Source: Mobula hypostoma
Lineage: Eukaryota
Direction: 5' to 3'
Assembly: GCF_963921235.1 (NCBI RefSeq)
Contig: NC_086108.1
Location: 5,580,001-5,644,000, forward strand
DNA length: 64,000 nucleotides
The notes under the pieces were generated by a model. It saw only the letters and a program-made list of their open reading frames with translations, was not told the origin of the DNA and made no database searches. This document shows, piece by piece, positions 48,656-60,843 of the stretch (position 1 is the stretch's first letter; each line of letters begins with the position of its first letter). Made by a program: the position numbers and the translations under genes.

Positions 48656-49429
48656 AGCATTCTGTGTGTGGGCCCTGTTATACTGCACTTTCTCTGTAAC
48701 ACTTTATTCTGCGGCTCTATTATTGATTTACCTGGTTCTAGCTCGATGCATTGCGTAATGACGGCATGCAAGAACAAAGCTACCAGAAGCAACATCCTCA
48801 AGATGGACCATGAAGCAACTCCAGCCTGTTATCCACACTCTGGTGGTGCGACTTTGGGCCGACCGGGCACCTGGTGCTTTGCTGTCTCTGAGAGGACTCC
48901 ATGAGCCTGCGACCAAAGTGTGTGGCGTTGAGGCCAGGAAGCCAGGCGAAGGGGCGCAGGCCCGTCATCGACTCCATCTCTCACTGACTAAAGCACCAAG
49001 GAAGACCGAAATCGTTGACGTGCTGCAGCCTGTAGATTTGGACTCCTAATTCACATTTATGATGTTTTCTAGTTTCTAGTTCGAGTTATGATCGCTCTTT
49101 TTTTGTTGCTACTTTGAACACTGAGCTAAAATGCACTGAAATATGCCTTTTGATTTTGTGTTTCATATTTTGTGTTTTTGCTCATTCTCCTTTGTTGCTG
49201 TTTGCACAATTTTTTTTGCAAAACAATTCTGTTTGATCTTTGATATTTTTCTTCCACCAGGTTGGTTCCATGGTGTTTCTTTGTTTCCTGGCTGTCTGTG
49301 GGAAGATGAATCTCAGGGAGGTATACAGTATACTTCGATAATAAATGTACTTTGAACCTTTGACAAGCTTTTCACTGTATCTTGAGTCATGTGACGGTAA
49401 AAAACCAATACCAATACCAGCTACTTACC

Positions 49430-51930
49430 AAAACTTCAGGAGATGGAAACCGGAGGTCCATGAGCTAGTTCTCACTGGAGGACCAGAAGTGGAGAGGATC
49501 AGCAGCTTTACATTACTTGATGTTACTATTTTGGAGGTTCTGCCCTGGGTCCATCAAGTAAGTGCAAGTACGAAGAAAGCACGGCAGAGCATCTGCTTCT
49601 GTGGATGTTGGTGACAATTCTGCATGACATATAAAGCTTTGACTAACTCCACAGATGTGTAGTGGAGAGTGTACTTACTGGCTGCATCACAGCCTGGTCT
49701 GTAAACACCAATACCCGTGAATGGAAAATACTACAAAGAGTAATGGATATGGCCAGTCCATCACGGGGGAAGCCTTCCCCACTACTGAGCACATCTACAT
49801 GAGACACTGTCACAGGAAAGCAGCATCCATCATCAGAGATCCCCACCACCCAGGCCGTGCCCTCTTCTCGCTGCTGCCATCAGGAAGTAGGTACAAGACC
49901 CTCAGGTCCCACACCACCAGGCTCAGGAACAGTTATTACCCCACAACCGTCAGGCTCCTGAACCAGTGTGGATAACTTCACTCACCACAATGAGCCTCAG
50001 GTCCCACACCACCAGGTTCAGGAACAGTTATTACCCCACAACCATCAGGCTCCTGAACCAGTGTGGATAACTTCACTCACCACAATGAGCCTCAGGTCCC
50101 ACACCACCAGGATCAGGAACAGTTATTACCCCACAACCATCAGGCTCCTGAACCAGTGTGGATAACTTCACTCACCACGATGAGCCTCAGGTCCCACACC
50201 ACCAGGATCAGGAACAGTTATTACCCCACAACCATCAGGCTCCTGAACCAGTGTGGATAACTTCACTCACCACAATGAGCCTCAGGTCCCACACCACCAG
50301 GTTCAGGAACAGTTATTACCCCACAACCATCAGGCTCCTGAACCAGTGTGGATAACTTCACTCACCACAATGAGCCTCAGGTCCCACACCACCAGGTTCA
50401 GGAACAGTTATTACCCCACAACCATCAGGCTCCTGAACCAGTGTGGATAACTTCACTCACCACAATGAGCCTCAGGTCCCACACCACCAGGTTCAGGAAC
50501 AGTTATTACCCCACAACCATCAGGCTCCTGAACCAGTGTGGATAACGTCACTCAGCACAATGAGCCTCAGGTCCCACACCACCAGGTTCAGGAACAGTTA
50601 TTACCCCACAACCATCAGGCTCCTGAACCAGTGTGGATAACTTCACTCACCACGATGAGCCTCAGGTCCCACACCACCAGGTTCAGGAACAGTTATTACC
50701 CCTCAACCATCAGGCTCCTGAACCAGTGTGGATAACTTCACTCACCACAATGAGCCTCAGGTCCCACACCACCAGGTTCAGGAACAGTTATTACCCCACA
50801 ACCATCAGGCTCCTGAACCAGTGTGGATAACTTCACTCACCACGATGAGCCTCAGGTCCCACACCACCAGGTTCAGGAACAGTTATTACCCCACAACCAT
50901 CAGGCTCCTGAACCAGTGTGGATAACTTCACTCACCACAATGAGCCTCAGGTCCCACACCACCAGGTTCAGGAACAGTTATTACCCCACAACCATCAGGC
51001 TCCTGAACCAGTGTGGATAACTTCACTCACCACAATGAGCCTCAGGTCCCACACCACCAGGTTCAGGAACAGTTATTACCCCACAACCATCAGGCTCCTG
51101 AACCAGTGTGGATAACGTCACTCAGCACAATGAGCCTCAGGTCCCACACCACCAGGTTCAGGAACAGTTATTACCCCACAACCATCAGGCTCCTGAACCA
51201 GTGTGGATAACTTCACTCAGCACAATGAGCCTCAGGTCCCACACCACCAGGTTCAGGAACAGTTATTACCCCACAACCATCAGGCTCCTGAACCAGTGTG
51301 GATAACTTCACTCACCACAATGAGCCTCAGGTCCCACACCACCAGGTTCAGGAACAGTTATTACCCCACAACCATCAGGCTCCTGAACCAGTGTGGATAA
51401 CGTCACTCAGCACAATGAGCCTCAGGTCCCACACCACCAGGTTCAGGAACAGTTATTACCCCACAACCATCAGGCTCCTGAACCAGTGTGGATAACTTCA
51501 CTCACCACGATGAGCCTCAGGTCCCACACCACCAGGTTCAGGAACAGTTATTACCCCTCAACCATCAGGCTCCTGAACCAGTGTGGATAACTTCACTCAC
51601 CACAATGAGCCTCAGGTCCCACACCACCAGGTTCAGGAATAGTTATTACCCCACAACCATCAGGCCCCATCATTGAAATGTTCCCACAACCAATGGACTC
51701 ACTTTCAAGGACTCTTCATCTCATGTTCTCGATATATTTCTTCTTTTTGTATTGGCACAGTCTGCTGTCTTCTGCACTCTGGTTAAACACCCTAGTTGCT
51801 GCGGTCTTTCACTGATTCTGTTACGGTTGTTATTCTAGAGTTATATTGAGTATGCGCACATAAAAATGAATCTCAGGGCTGTATACGGTGACATACAGTG
51901 TAAGTATTTTGATAATAAATCTACTTTGAA
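49430..51930 (+). mobile_element. Rex1/Babar-type LINE 3' fragment containing an internal tandem array
   Basis: KAASIIRDPHHPGRALFSLLPSGSRYKTLRSHTTR... runs into the array; the normal family 3' UTR resumes at about 51670. Confidence 0.8.
49900..51666 (+). repeat. 95-bp tandem repeat, 18 full units plus one partial
   Basis: Unit cctcaggtcccacaccaccaggttcaggaacagttattaccccacaaccatcaggctcctgaaccagtgtggataacttcactcaccacaatgag starts at 49900, 49995 ... 51610; units are nearly identical. Confidence 0.97.
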
Positions 51931-52070
51931 ATTTGAGAACTGCCTTCAGCATAAGTGGGACCTGCCTACTGAACCCAGATCTGGGGATGAAGTTGCCATT
52001 TCACATCAGATACGGAAATGCCAACACTTTTGATGCATTTTCTCCTGTCAGGGGATCAGTTCAAACTTAC

Positions 52071-52186
52071 ACCACTCTTGATGTTTGTCTCCCATCGAAC
52101 CTCCATGTTCCGCAGGTCAAACAGCTTGATGTCCCCGTTGTCGTAGCCGGCACAAACACAGCGGTCCCACTGACTACACGTGTGAC
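52071..52186 (-). CDS. DNAAF10: WDR92/DNAAF10-like coding exon 5 (116 nt)
   Basis: [38 protein letters not shown]; flanked by tttctcag| and |gtaagt. Confidence 0.92.
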
Positions 52187-52244
52187 CTGAGAAACAGATC
52201 AAACACAAACTTTTAACACGCCGTTGGGGGGGCGGGGGGAGTAA

Positions 52245-53250
52245 AAAAGTAAAGGAGGGAAGAGGGGAGGGAGGGGGAAGGGAAGGGGAAGAGGGAGAAG
52301 GGAGGAAGAAGAGTGGAAAGGGAGGGTGGAAGGGGAAAGGGAGGAAGAAAAGGGGAAGGGAGGGTGGAAGAGGGAGAAAGGAGGGGGAAGGGGAAAGGGA
52401 GGAAGAGGGGTAAAGGAGGAAGAAGAGGGAAAAGGGAGGAGAAGGCAGGGGAGAAGAAGGGAAAGGTAGGGGAGAATAGGGGAAGGGAGGGGATGAAGAG
52501 AGGACAGCGAGGGGATGGAGGGGAAGGGGAAGAGGGGAAAGGGAGGGGAGAGGAAAATGGGAAGGGGAAGAGGAGAAAGAGAGGGGGAGAAGAGGGACAA
52601 GGGAGGGGGAAGAGGGATAAGGGAGGGGAAAGAGAGGGGGAAGAGGGGAAAGGGAGGGGAGAAGAGAGGGAAAGGAGGGGAGAAGAGGGAAAGGGAGGGG
52701 AAGAGAGGGAAGGATAAGGAGGGAAAAGGGATGAGGAAGAGGGTAAAGGAAGGGTGGAAGAGGGGAAGGGAGGGGAAGAGGGGGAAGGGGAGGGGGAAGA
52801 GGGGAAAGGGATGGGAGGAAAAGGGGAAGAGAGGAGGATGAGGGGAAAGGGAGGGGAAGAGGGGAAAGAGAGGGGGAAGAGGGGAAAGGGAGGAGGATGA
52901 GGGGAAAGGGGAGGAGGAGAAAGGGAGAGGAAGAGGGGCAAGGGAGTGGAAGGAGAAAGGGAGGGGGAGCAGGGGAAGGGGAGGGGAAGAGGAGGGGAAG
53001 AGGAGGGGAAGGGGAGGAGGATGAGGGGAAAGGGAGGGGGAAGGGGAGAGGTGGTTGATTGGGGGGAGTTGGGGAGAGGGAGTGAGTAGGTTAGGGGAGA
53101 GGGGGAGAGAGAGGAAAGAGGGGTTGGTGAGACGCAGGGGGAATTGGGAGAGGGGCATGATTGGGTTGGTGAGAGAGGAGAGGGGCGATTTGGGGAGAGG
53201 TGTGTGATTGTGTTGGGGAGAAGGGGCAGTTAGTGGGAGAGAGGGAGAGG
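52245..53250 (+). repeat. About 1 kb G/A-rich low-complexity tract
   Basis: Almost purine-only GGGGAAGA/GGGAAAGGGA units to about 53050, degenerate afterwards. Confidence 0.95.
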
Positions 53251-53329
53251 AGAGTGGAGGTTTTTGATAGAGTGTGGGGGGTATGTTTGTGTATACATGG
53301 CTGTGTTCATGGGGATGTGTGTACAGGAT

Positions 53330-53394
53330 GTGAGATGTGTGTGAGTGTACGCTGGGGCACATGCACGTGTGTATTAGAGATGGGTGCATGAGTG

Positions 53395-53440
<46 letters not shown>

Positions 53441-53527
53441 CACGTGTGCGCATGTATGTATGCGTGTGCATGTGTGTGTACGTATGTGTGTGTGTGTATA
53501 TGTGTGTGCATCCACGAGTGTGTGTAC
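53330..53527 (+). repeat. (TG)n / alternating purine-pyrimidine microsatellite
   Basis: Pure TG run at about 53401-53436 within an imperfect RY tract. Confidence 0.9.
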
Positions 53528-53553
53528 ACAACATTCGATGTGGAACATCTCAC

Positions 53554-53655
53554 CAAAAGTGACAGTCCAGCAGTCCCTCCTGTTGAAGCCCTCTGCTGGC
53601 TCCATGTTGGCCACAGGAAGGTCCTTCTGCCGAGAGTCCCACACCCTGACCGACC
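53554..53655 (-). CDS. DNAAF10: WDR92/DNAAF10-like coding exon 4 (102 nt)
   Basis: SVRVWDSRQKDLPVANMEPAEGFNRRDCWTVTF-G; flanked by tttgcag| and |gtgaga. Confidence 0.92.
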
Positions 53656-55000
53656 CTGCAAAGGTGACGGACACCACTGAGCAATTTCAACAGGCTCAGA
53701 ATTCCCCGCCTGGCCTCTCCCCACCAACCTCACTCCTCAGTAAACCCCGCAGCGCACAACAGGCCTTCCAGCTCTCTGCGCGCACGGGGTCTGCGGGACC
53801 CTTCCACCGGCACCTGGTCTACAGCCTTCTCTGCTGTGGCGTTTCAAACGCCCCTCTGGATACTCGTACAGTCTGTCCGCTCACCATCCACTCAGCCAGC
53901 GTGCTCGACACTGCCTGATCCTCCCAGGTGCCATGCTCTCTTCTCGCCGCTGCCCCCCACCCCCCCATCAGGTAGAAGGTACAGAGCCTCTTGGCTCACG
54001 CCACCAGGTTCAGAAACAGTTACTGCCTCTCAACCATTGGGCTCTTGAACCACAGGGGATAACTTCACTCACCCCAACACTGACCTGTTCCCACAACCTA
54101 CGGGCTCACTTTCAAGGACACTTCATCTCACGTTCTCAATATTTATTGCTTATTTATTATTATTTTGTTTCTTTGTATTGCTGTGAGTGTCCAGAAAAAA
54201 TTAATTGCAGGGTTGTATATGGTGACATCTATGCTCCTCATAATGACGTCGAGTTCCATCTGTGTTTTCTCAACTTTCTCTGCTCCAATAAGACCATAAG
54301 ACATAGCAGCAGAATTAGGCCATTCAGCCCACTGAGTCTGGGGCATGGCTGATTTATTTTCACTCCCCACCCATGAAGATCGAGAGGGGCACAGGTTCAA
54401 CTGGATGTCAGTGAAAGTCATGGGGCAATCGGAGGGATTGCTGGGCAGCACAGTTCAAAGGACCAGAAGGGCCTGTTCCACATTATACCTCAATCAATAA
54501 ACTAATAAATAAATATATAATACATAAATAAATCAATAAATTTACAAAGTAAGGGGCACGTGCAGGACACATGTGGACTGACCAGCAGAGTATTTCCAAT
54601 GTAATTTTGTCATGTCTCAGTCTATTTACTCAAATGCTAAATATGACAGCTTGTTCTCCTTGGCAAGGCTCTTGCCCTTTGTCTGTCTGCCTGTGCTTCC
54701 TCCATTGCTCTAACGCACACAAAATGCTGGAGGAACTCTGCAGGTCGGGTAGCATCTATGGAGAAGAATACAGTACCAATGTTTGGGCTGAGACTCTTAT
54801 CAATGTCCTGACCTGCTGAGCTCCTCCAGTATTTTGTGTGTTGCTTTGGACTTCTAGCATCTGCAGAATAACTTGTGTTGGTGTAACACTATCTTCAGCA
54901 TTCTCCTTTCTTTTTATATTGGATTGCACGCAAACAAAAGTTTTTCACTGTATCGCGGTATACGTGACAATACTAAACCAATTCGATTTGGAGTACTCAC

Positions 55001-55131
55001 CATCCCTGCTTCCGGTGACAATTTCCGGGGCTCCCTGACCAATTCCCAGCCCCCCTACACCATCAATACAGTTGATAATTTCTCGATGTGCTTTAGCCGT
55101 GTAGAGAGGGGCCTCAGGTGCTTCCAGATTC
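55001..55131 (-). CDS. DNAAF10: WDR92/DNAAF10-like coding exon 3 (131 nt)
   Basis: [44 protein letters not shown]; flanked by cccacag| and |gtgagt. Confidence 0.92.
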
Positions 55132-55275
55132 CTGTGGGATGGCACAGAAATAATTCAGCAGGATGTGATCAGGACTTGAATTATAAGGAAAGGCCGCGCA
55201 AACCAAGATTGTTAACCCTGGAGCAAAGGAAGCTGAGGGGGACCTAGGTTAGATTAACTCTCTTTGTCACATGTA

Positions 55276-56868
55276 CAGTGCCTATAAAAAGTATTCACTC
55301 CCCCGACCCCTTAAAAGTTTTCATGTTTTATTGTTTTACAACATTGAATCACAGTGGATTTAATTTTGCTTTATTTGACACTGATCAACAGAAAAAGACT
55401 GCTTCATAACAAAGTGAAAACAGACCTAAAAAAGTGATCTAATTACAAAAATAAATGATTGCACAAGTATTCACCCCGTTCAAGTCAGTATTTAGTAGAA
55501 GCACCTTTGACAGCCTTGAGGATAGGTCTTTATCAGCTTTGCAAATCTGGACACTGCAATTTCTCCCCCACTCTTCTTTACTAAACTACTCAATCTCTGT
55601 CAGATTGCATGGGGATCGTGAGTGAACAGCCCTTTTCAAGTCCAGCCACAAATTCTCAATTGAATTGAAGTCTAGACTCTGACTTGGCCAGTCCAGGACA
55701 TTAACTTTGTTTTTAAGCCATTCCTGTGTAGCGTTGCCTTTTTGCTTGGGGTCATTGTCTTGCTGGAAAACAAATCTTCTCCCAAGTCACAGTTCTCTTG
55801 CAGACTACATCAGGTTTTCCTCCAGGATTTCCCTGTATTTTGCTGCATTCATTTTACCCTCTACCTTCACAAGCCTTCCAGGGCCTGCTGCAGTGAAGCA
55901 TCCCCACAGCATGATGCAGCCACCACCATGCTTCACGGTAGGGATGGTGTGTGTTTGATGATGTGTGGTGTTTAGCTTACACCAAATATAGCATTTAGTC
56001 TGATGGCCAGAGATCAATTCTGGTTTCATCAGACCATAGAACCTTCTTCCAGCTGACTTCAGAGTCTCCCACATGCCTTCTGGCAAACTCTATCCAAGAT
56101 TTTATGTGAATTTTTTCAACAATGGCTTTCTCTTTGCCACTCTCCCATAAAGCTGTGACTGGTGAAACATCCAGGCAACAGCTGCTGTATGAGCAGTCTC
56201 TCCCATCTCAGCCACTGAAGCTTGTAACTCTTCCAGAGTTGTCATAGGTCTCTTGGTGGCCTCCCTCACTAGTCCCCCTCTTGCACGGTCACTCAGTTTT
56301 TGAGGACGGCCTGCTCTAGGCAGATTTACAGCTGAGCCATATTCTTTCCATTTCTTGATGATTGACTTAACTGTACTCCAGGGGATATTCAGTGGCTTGG
56401 AAATTTCCTTGTATCCATCTCCTGACTTGTGCTTTTCAATAACCTTTTTGTGGAGTTGCTTGGAGTTTTCTTTTGTCTTCATGGTGTAGTTTATGCCAGG
56501 ATACTGACTCACCAGCAGTTGGACCTTCCACATACAGGTGTATTTTTACTACAATCAACTGAAGCACCTTGGACACAGGTCTCCAAAAATAGATCTCCAT
56601 TTAACTATTTATATGACTTCTAAAACCAATTGGCTGCACCAGTGATGATTTGATGTGAGAATACACATACAATCAGTTATTTTGTGTTTTATATCTGTAA
56701 TTTAGATCATTTTGTAGAGATCTGTTTTTACTTTGACATGAATGAGTTTGTTTCTGTTCATCAGTGTCAAAAAAGGCAAATTAAATCCACTGTGAATTGG
56801 TTCAATGTTGTAAAACAATAAAACATGAAAACCTCCGGGGGGGGGTGAATACTTTTTTATAGCGACTG
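55276..56868 (-). mobile_element. Full-length (about 1.6 kb) Tc1 transposon of the same family, defective transposase
   Basis: TA|cagtgcctataaaaagtattcac left end and ...gtgaatacttttttatagcgactg right end; long TIRs with an internal aagtattcacccc copy (about 55465-55477). Transposase fragments in ORFs 56102-56533 and 55805-56086. Confidence 0.92.
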
Positions 56869-56880
56869 TGTATCAAAACC

Positions 56881-57252
56881 AGGAGGCGGGCTGGAGCTAT
56901 GTCTCTACCAAAGGAGGTGTAAGTTGCTCCTTCCCTCTGCTAGCCTGCAGGTCACCTTGGGCAAGGCATAGCACCTGCTTAGCCCCCCACCCCCCGATCA
57001 GGGTCACGTGAAGCCATGGGAGCAGGTGGTGGATGGTCGTATGAGCAGCCGGTGCAGATCACAAGTCCTGGTTATGTGACCACTGACCCCAGGCAGACAA
57101 TCTCTGAAGAGTATTGATAATGACTGGGGTCACCCGTCTTGTAAAGACACTGCCCAGAAGGTGGCAATGGCAAACCACTTCTGTTGTAAAATTTGCCAAG
57201 AACAATCCTGGTCAAAGACCATGATCACCAACGTCATTTGACAAGGCTCATA
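56881..57252 (+). mobile_element. SINE with RTE/BovB-like 3' tail (other copies at about 8160-8507 + and 58580-58925 -)
   Basis: gaaggtggcaatggcaaaccacttctgt tail motif; three mutually similar copies in the window. Confidence 0.7.
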
Positions 57253-57691
57253 ATGATGAGGGTGAAGATGGTGATGATGAGGAAAATAGTGATGATGAGG
57301 AGGATGGTGATGATGAGGATGAAGATGATGATGGTGGTGATGATGATGATGATGATGATGATGGTGATGATGAGCAGGATGGTGGTGATGATGAGGATGA
57401 TGATAATGATGGTGATGATGAGGATGATGATGATGGTGATGATGATGGCGATGATGATGGTGATAATGAGCAGGATGGCGATGATGAGGATGATGAGGAT
57501 GATGATGATGGTGGTGATGATGAGGATGATGATGATGGTGATGATGAGGATGATGATGGTGATAATGAGCAGGATGGCAATGATGAGGATGATGATGATG
57601 ATGGTGATGATGAGGATGATTATGATGATGATGAGGATGATGGTGATGATGAGCAGGATGGTGATGATGATGGTGGTGGTGGTGATGATGA
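57253..57691 (+). repeat. Imperfect (ATG/GAT)n trinucleotide expansion, tail of an RTE-related SINE
   Basis: About 440 bp of gatgat/gatggt/gatgag directly after the SINE body. Confidence 0.93.
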
Positions 57692-59486
57692 TATTGAAAC
57701 ATCAAAATGTACAGGGCAATGCATGGCTTTGCGTCAACGACCAGCACGGTCTGGAGATGTGCTGGGAGCAGCCCGCAATTACCGCCATGCTTCTGGCGCC
57801 CACAACTTATTAACCCCAACCTGTACATCTTTGGAATATGGGAGGAAACCGGACCACCCAGAGGAAACCCACGCCACAGTCACAGGGAGGACTTACAGAC
57901 AGCGGTGGGAATTGAATCCCAATAGGTGATTGCTGGCGCTGACAGGTGCTGCATGGACTGCAATGCTACTGTGCCACACTTCATAGAGGGGCATGGGTAC
58001 CCAGCGCAGGGCAGTCTAATACCAGAGCAGAAAGGCAAAACGTTTAAGGGGCATTTGAGGGGCTTTTTTTATATAGATGGTGGTACAGAAGGAAGTGGTG
58101 GAGATGGGCATAATTAGACCAGAAGACATAGGAGCAGAATTAGGCCATTCAGCCCATCTAGTCTTCTCCACCATTCCATCATGGTTGATTTATTTTCCCT
58201 CTCAACCCCATTCTCCTGCCTTTACTCCGTAACCTTGTGATGCCCTAACTATCAACAGCCTATCAACCTCCGTTTTAAATATATCCAATGACTTGGCCTC
58301 CACAGCCGCCTGCGGCAAAAAGTTCTACAGATTTGCCATCCTCAGACGAAACAAATTCCTCCTCATCTCTGTTCTAAAGGGAGATCCTTCTTTTCTGAGG
58401 TTGTGTGCTCTGGTCCTAGACTCCCCCACTCCCACTGGGTGTGGTGTTTCATAGATTCTATTGTGTTTCTCAGATTTACTGTGTATGCCTGCAAGAAAAT
58501 GAATCTCAGGGTTGTATATGGTACTTGGATAATAAATCCACTTTGAATGTTGAAATATTGGAAACATCCTCCCTGTCTCGTCATCATCATTATGTGCCGT
58601 GTCGTAGGATGTGGGTGATTGTGGTCTTTCCATGACCATGACTGTTCTTGGCAAATTTCTCTACCGAAGGGGTTTGCCATTGTCTTTTTCCAGGCAGTGT
58701 CTTTACAAGACGGGTGACCCTAGTCATTATCAATGCCCTTCAGAGATTGACTTCTTGGTGTCAGTGGTCACATAACCAGGACATGTGATATGCACCACCT
58801 GCTCCCAAGGCTTCACGTGACCCTGACTGGGGGTTGGGTAGGGGGTTAAGCAGGTGCTACACCTTGCCCAGGGCTGACCTGCAGGCAGGCAGAAAGAGGG
58901 ATTGCCTTACATCTCCACCACACCACCCAAACACTCTCTCTAGGCCTTTCAATATTTGGTAGGTTTCAATGTCATCCCTTCTCATTTTTCTGAACTCCAG
59001 TGAGAACAGTTAAAATATATTTGGACAGGTAAATTGTTAAAACATCCGTTTAGTGTTTTACAGGGATATGGGCCAAAAACAGACAAACAAATGGCAGTGG
59101 AGGCCAAGTCACTGGGTATATTTAAGGCAGAGATTGATAGCTTCTTGACTGGTCAGGGCATGAAGGGATACAGGGAAAAGGCAGGAGACTGGGTCTGAGA
59201 GGGAAAATGGATCAGCCATGGTGTGATAGAGTGGATATGGAGAAGATGTTTCCAATGGTGGGAGAGTCTAAGACCAGAGGTCCCAGCCATAGAACAGAAG
59301 GATGTCCATTTAGAACAAAAATGAGGAGGAATTTCTTTAGTCTTAAGGTCTTAACTATCAACTCAGTCATTTGTTGTTTTTCTTTTACACGAAGAAAATT
59401 ACTTCTTCAGCAATGAAGACTCTTGGTGACATTTCTTCACATCATGCAGAGAATTATGGGCAAAGAGAAAAGGGATCCCTCCAAGA

Positions 59487-59901
59487 GGATCACAACCTCG
59501 TTGTAGGGTTTGGAAGCTTTTGTGCCTGAATGACCTGGACAGCCATGTTGGCTGGAGTCAGGACTTTATGCTTTGGCTCTTGGGAGGGTCACCCATGCCA
59601 AACAGGTCAAAGGGTAGAGGCCAGACTAAAAGAGGTCCACTGTACTCCAGGTTTGGGGGGTTCAGCTCAGGGCTAACAACCCTGACTGGTCAAACAAGAT
59701 TGTTATGGAAACAGCAATGAAGAATCCTTCTGCATCTGAGTGTGACGGTATTCCTGAGTCTCCACCCGGGCCTTGCATGACTGACAGTGGTGAAAACTGA
59801 GGGGAAGCTACTGGCAAGATAAAAGAAGCCCTGAACACCGCCAGAGATGGAGGACCGTCATTGCTTCCCTGAACGCCAGTGGTGTAGTGGGCAGTAAGTA
59901 A
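59487..59901 (+). mobile_element. Non-autonomous RTE-derived element (5' UTR-like part plus 3' end); second copy at about 27137-27555 (-)
   Basis: Two similar copies. The 3' end atggaggacc...gccagtggtgtagtgggcagtaagtaag resembles the RTE ORF2 tail seen at 1630-1850. Confidence 0.6.
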
Positions 59902-60843
59902 GAAAAGGGAGTAGAATGTCCTGGGACTGAAAGGGTTAAAATCAATACATTTGATGGCTCTGGGCCTGCACTCAGTGGACTTCAGAAGAATGGGGGAGGG
60001 GGGATCTCCTGAAACCTATTGAATACTGAAAGGTATGATAGAATGGATATGGAGAAGATGTTTCTAACAGAGTGAGAGTCTAAGACCAGAGGGCACTGCC
60101 TCAGAATCAAAGGATGTCCCTCGAGAACAGAGATGAGGAGGAATTTCTTTAGCCAAAGGCTGGTGAATCTGTGGAATTCATCGCCACAGGTGGTTGAGGA
60201 GGCCAAGTCATTGAGTGTATTGAAAGCAGAGATTGATAGGTTCTTGATTAGTCAGGGTGCTAAAGGTGAAGGGGAGTGGGGTTGAGAAGGAAGAATAGAG
60301 GGTTATGTGGGAGGGAAGGTTGGATTGGTCTTGAAGTGGGTTGGAAGGTGGGCACAACATTATGGGCACAAAAGCTTGTATTGTAATGTTTAACATGGCG
60401 ACGATGTTCCCTGCAGTGGGGGAGTCTTCGGTCAGCTTTGGTTGGTACTGAGAAATTAGGCCAAATAGCCTGTTACCCTGTTGTACACACAACAGCAACA
60501 ATATCCCAATTTTAACAGCATCTACACTTCCGCTACAGTTGTAACAGAGTGAAGCCACTGCCTTTTGAGTTGTGTGGCCAACTTCCCAAGGACTATTTAG
60601 TTAAACATCAATTCCACCCCCTTTCTCCTCAGATGCTGTCTGGTCTGCAGAGCATTCCCATAATTTTCCAGAAGGCCTGAATCTAGCAAAGCCTTGTTAA
60701 ACAAAAAGCTCATCTATTGTACAGTAACTCAGCATCTATAGAAACGAATAAACAGCTGACAGTTTGGGCTGAGACTAGTGAGAGGTATACTGGACTGTGA
60801 GGTTTTACATTCGAGCCACTGTGGCCAGCCAGCCGTGCGTTAC

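Noticed and set aside
49900..51666. CRISPR-like array, or a family of 65-aa repeat proteins
   Set aside because: Units are contiguous with no unique spacers and no cas genes are present. The ORFs are by-products of a 95-bp period within a LINE tail.
52199..53677. 492-aa Pro/Leu/Ser/Phe-rich ORF and overlapping Gly/Glu/Arg ORFs
   Set aside because: Only 53554-53655 is a real exon; the rest is stop-free low-complexity intron.
25385..56868. Composite transposon of two inverted Tc1 copies carrying WDR92-like exons 3-8
   Set aside because: The left copy lacks its outer TIR, and the copies have different lesions and independent insertion contexts. Exon 2 lies outside in normal order.
57130..57828. 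Poly-His (232 aa), poly-Met (206 aa) and poly-Ser ORFs
   Set aside because: These are translations of the (ATG)n microsatellite tail of a SINE, flanked by SINE sequence.
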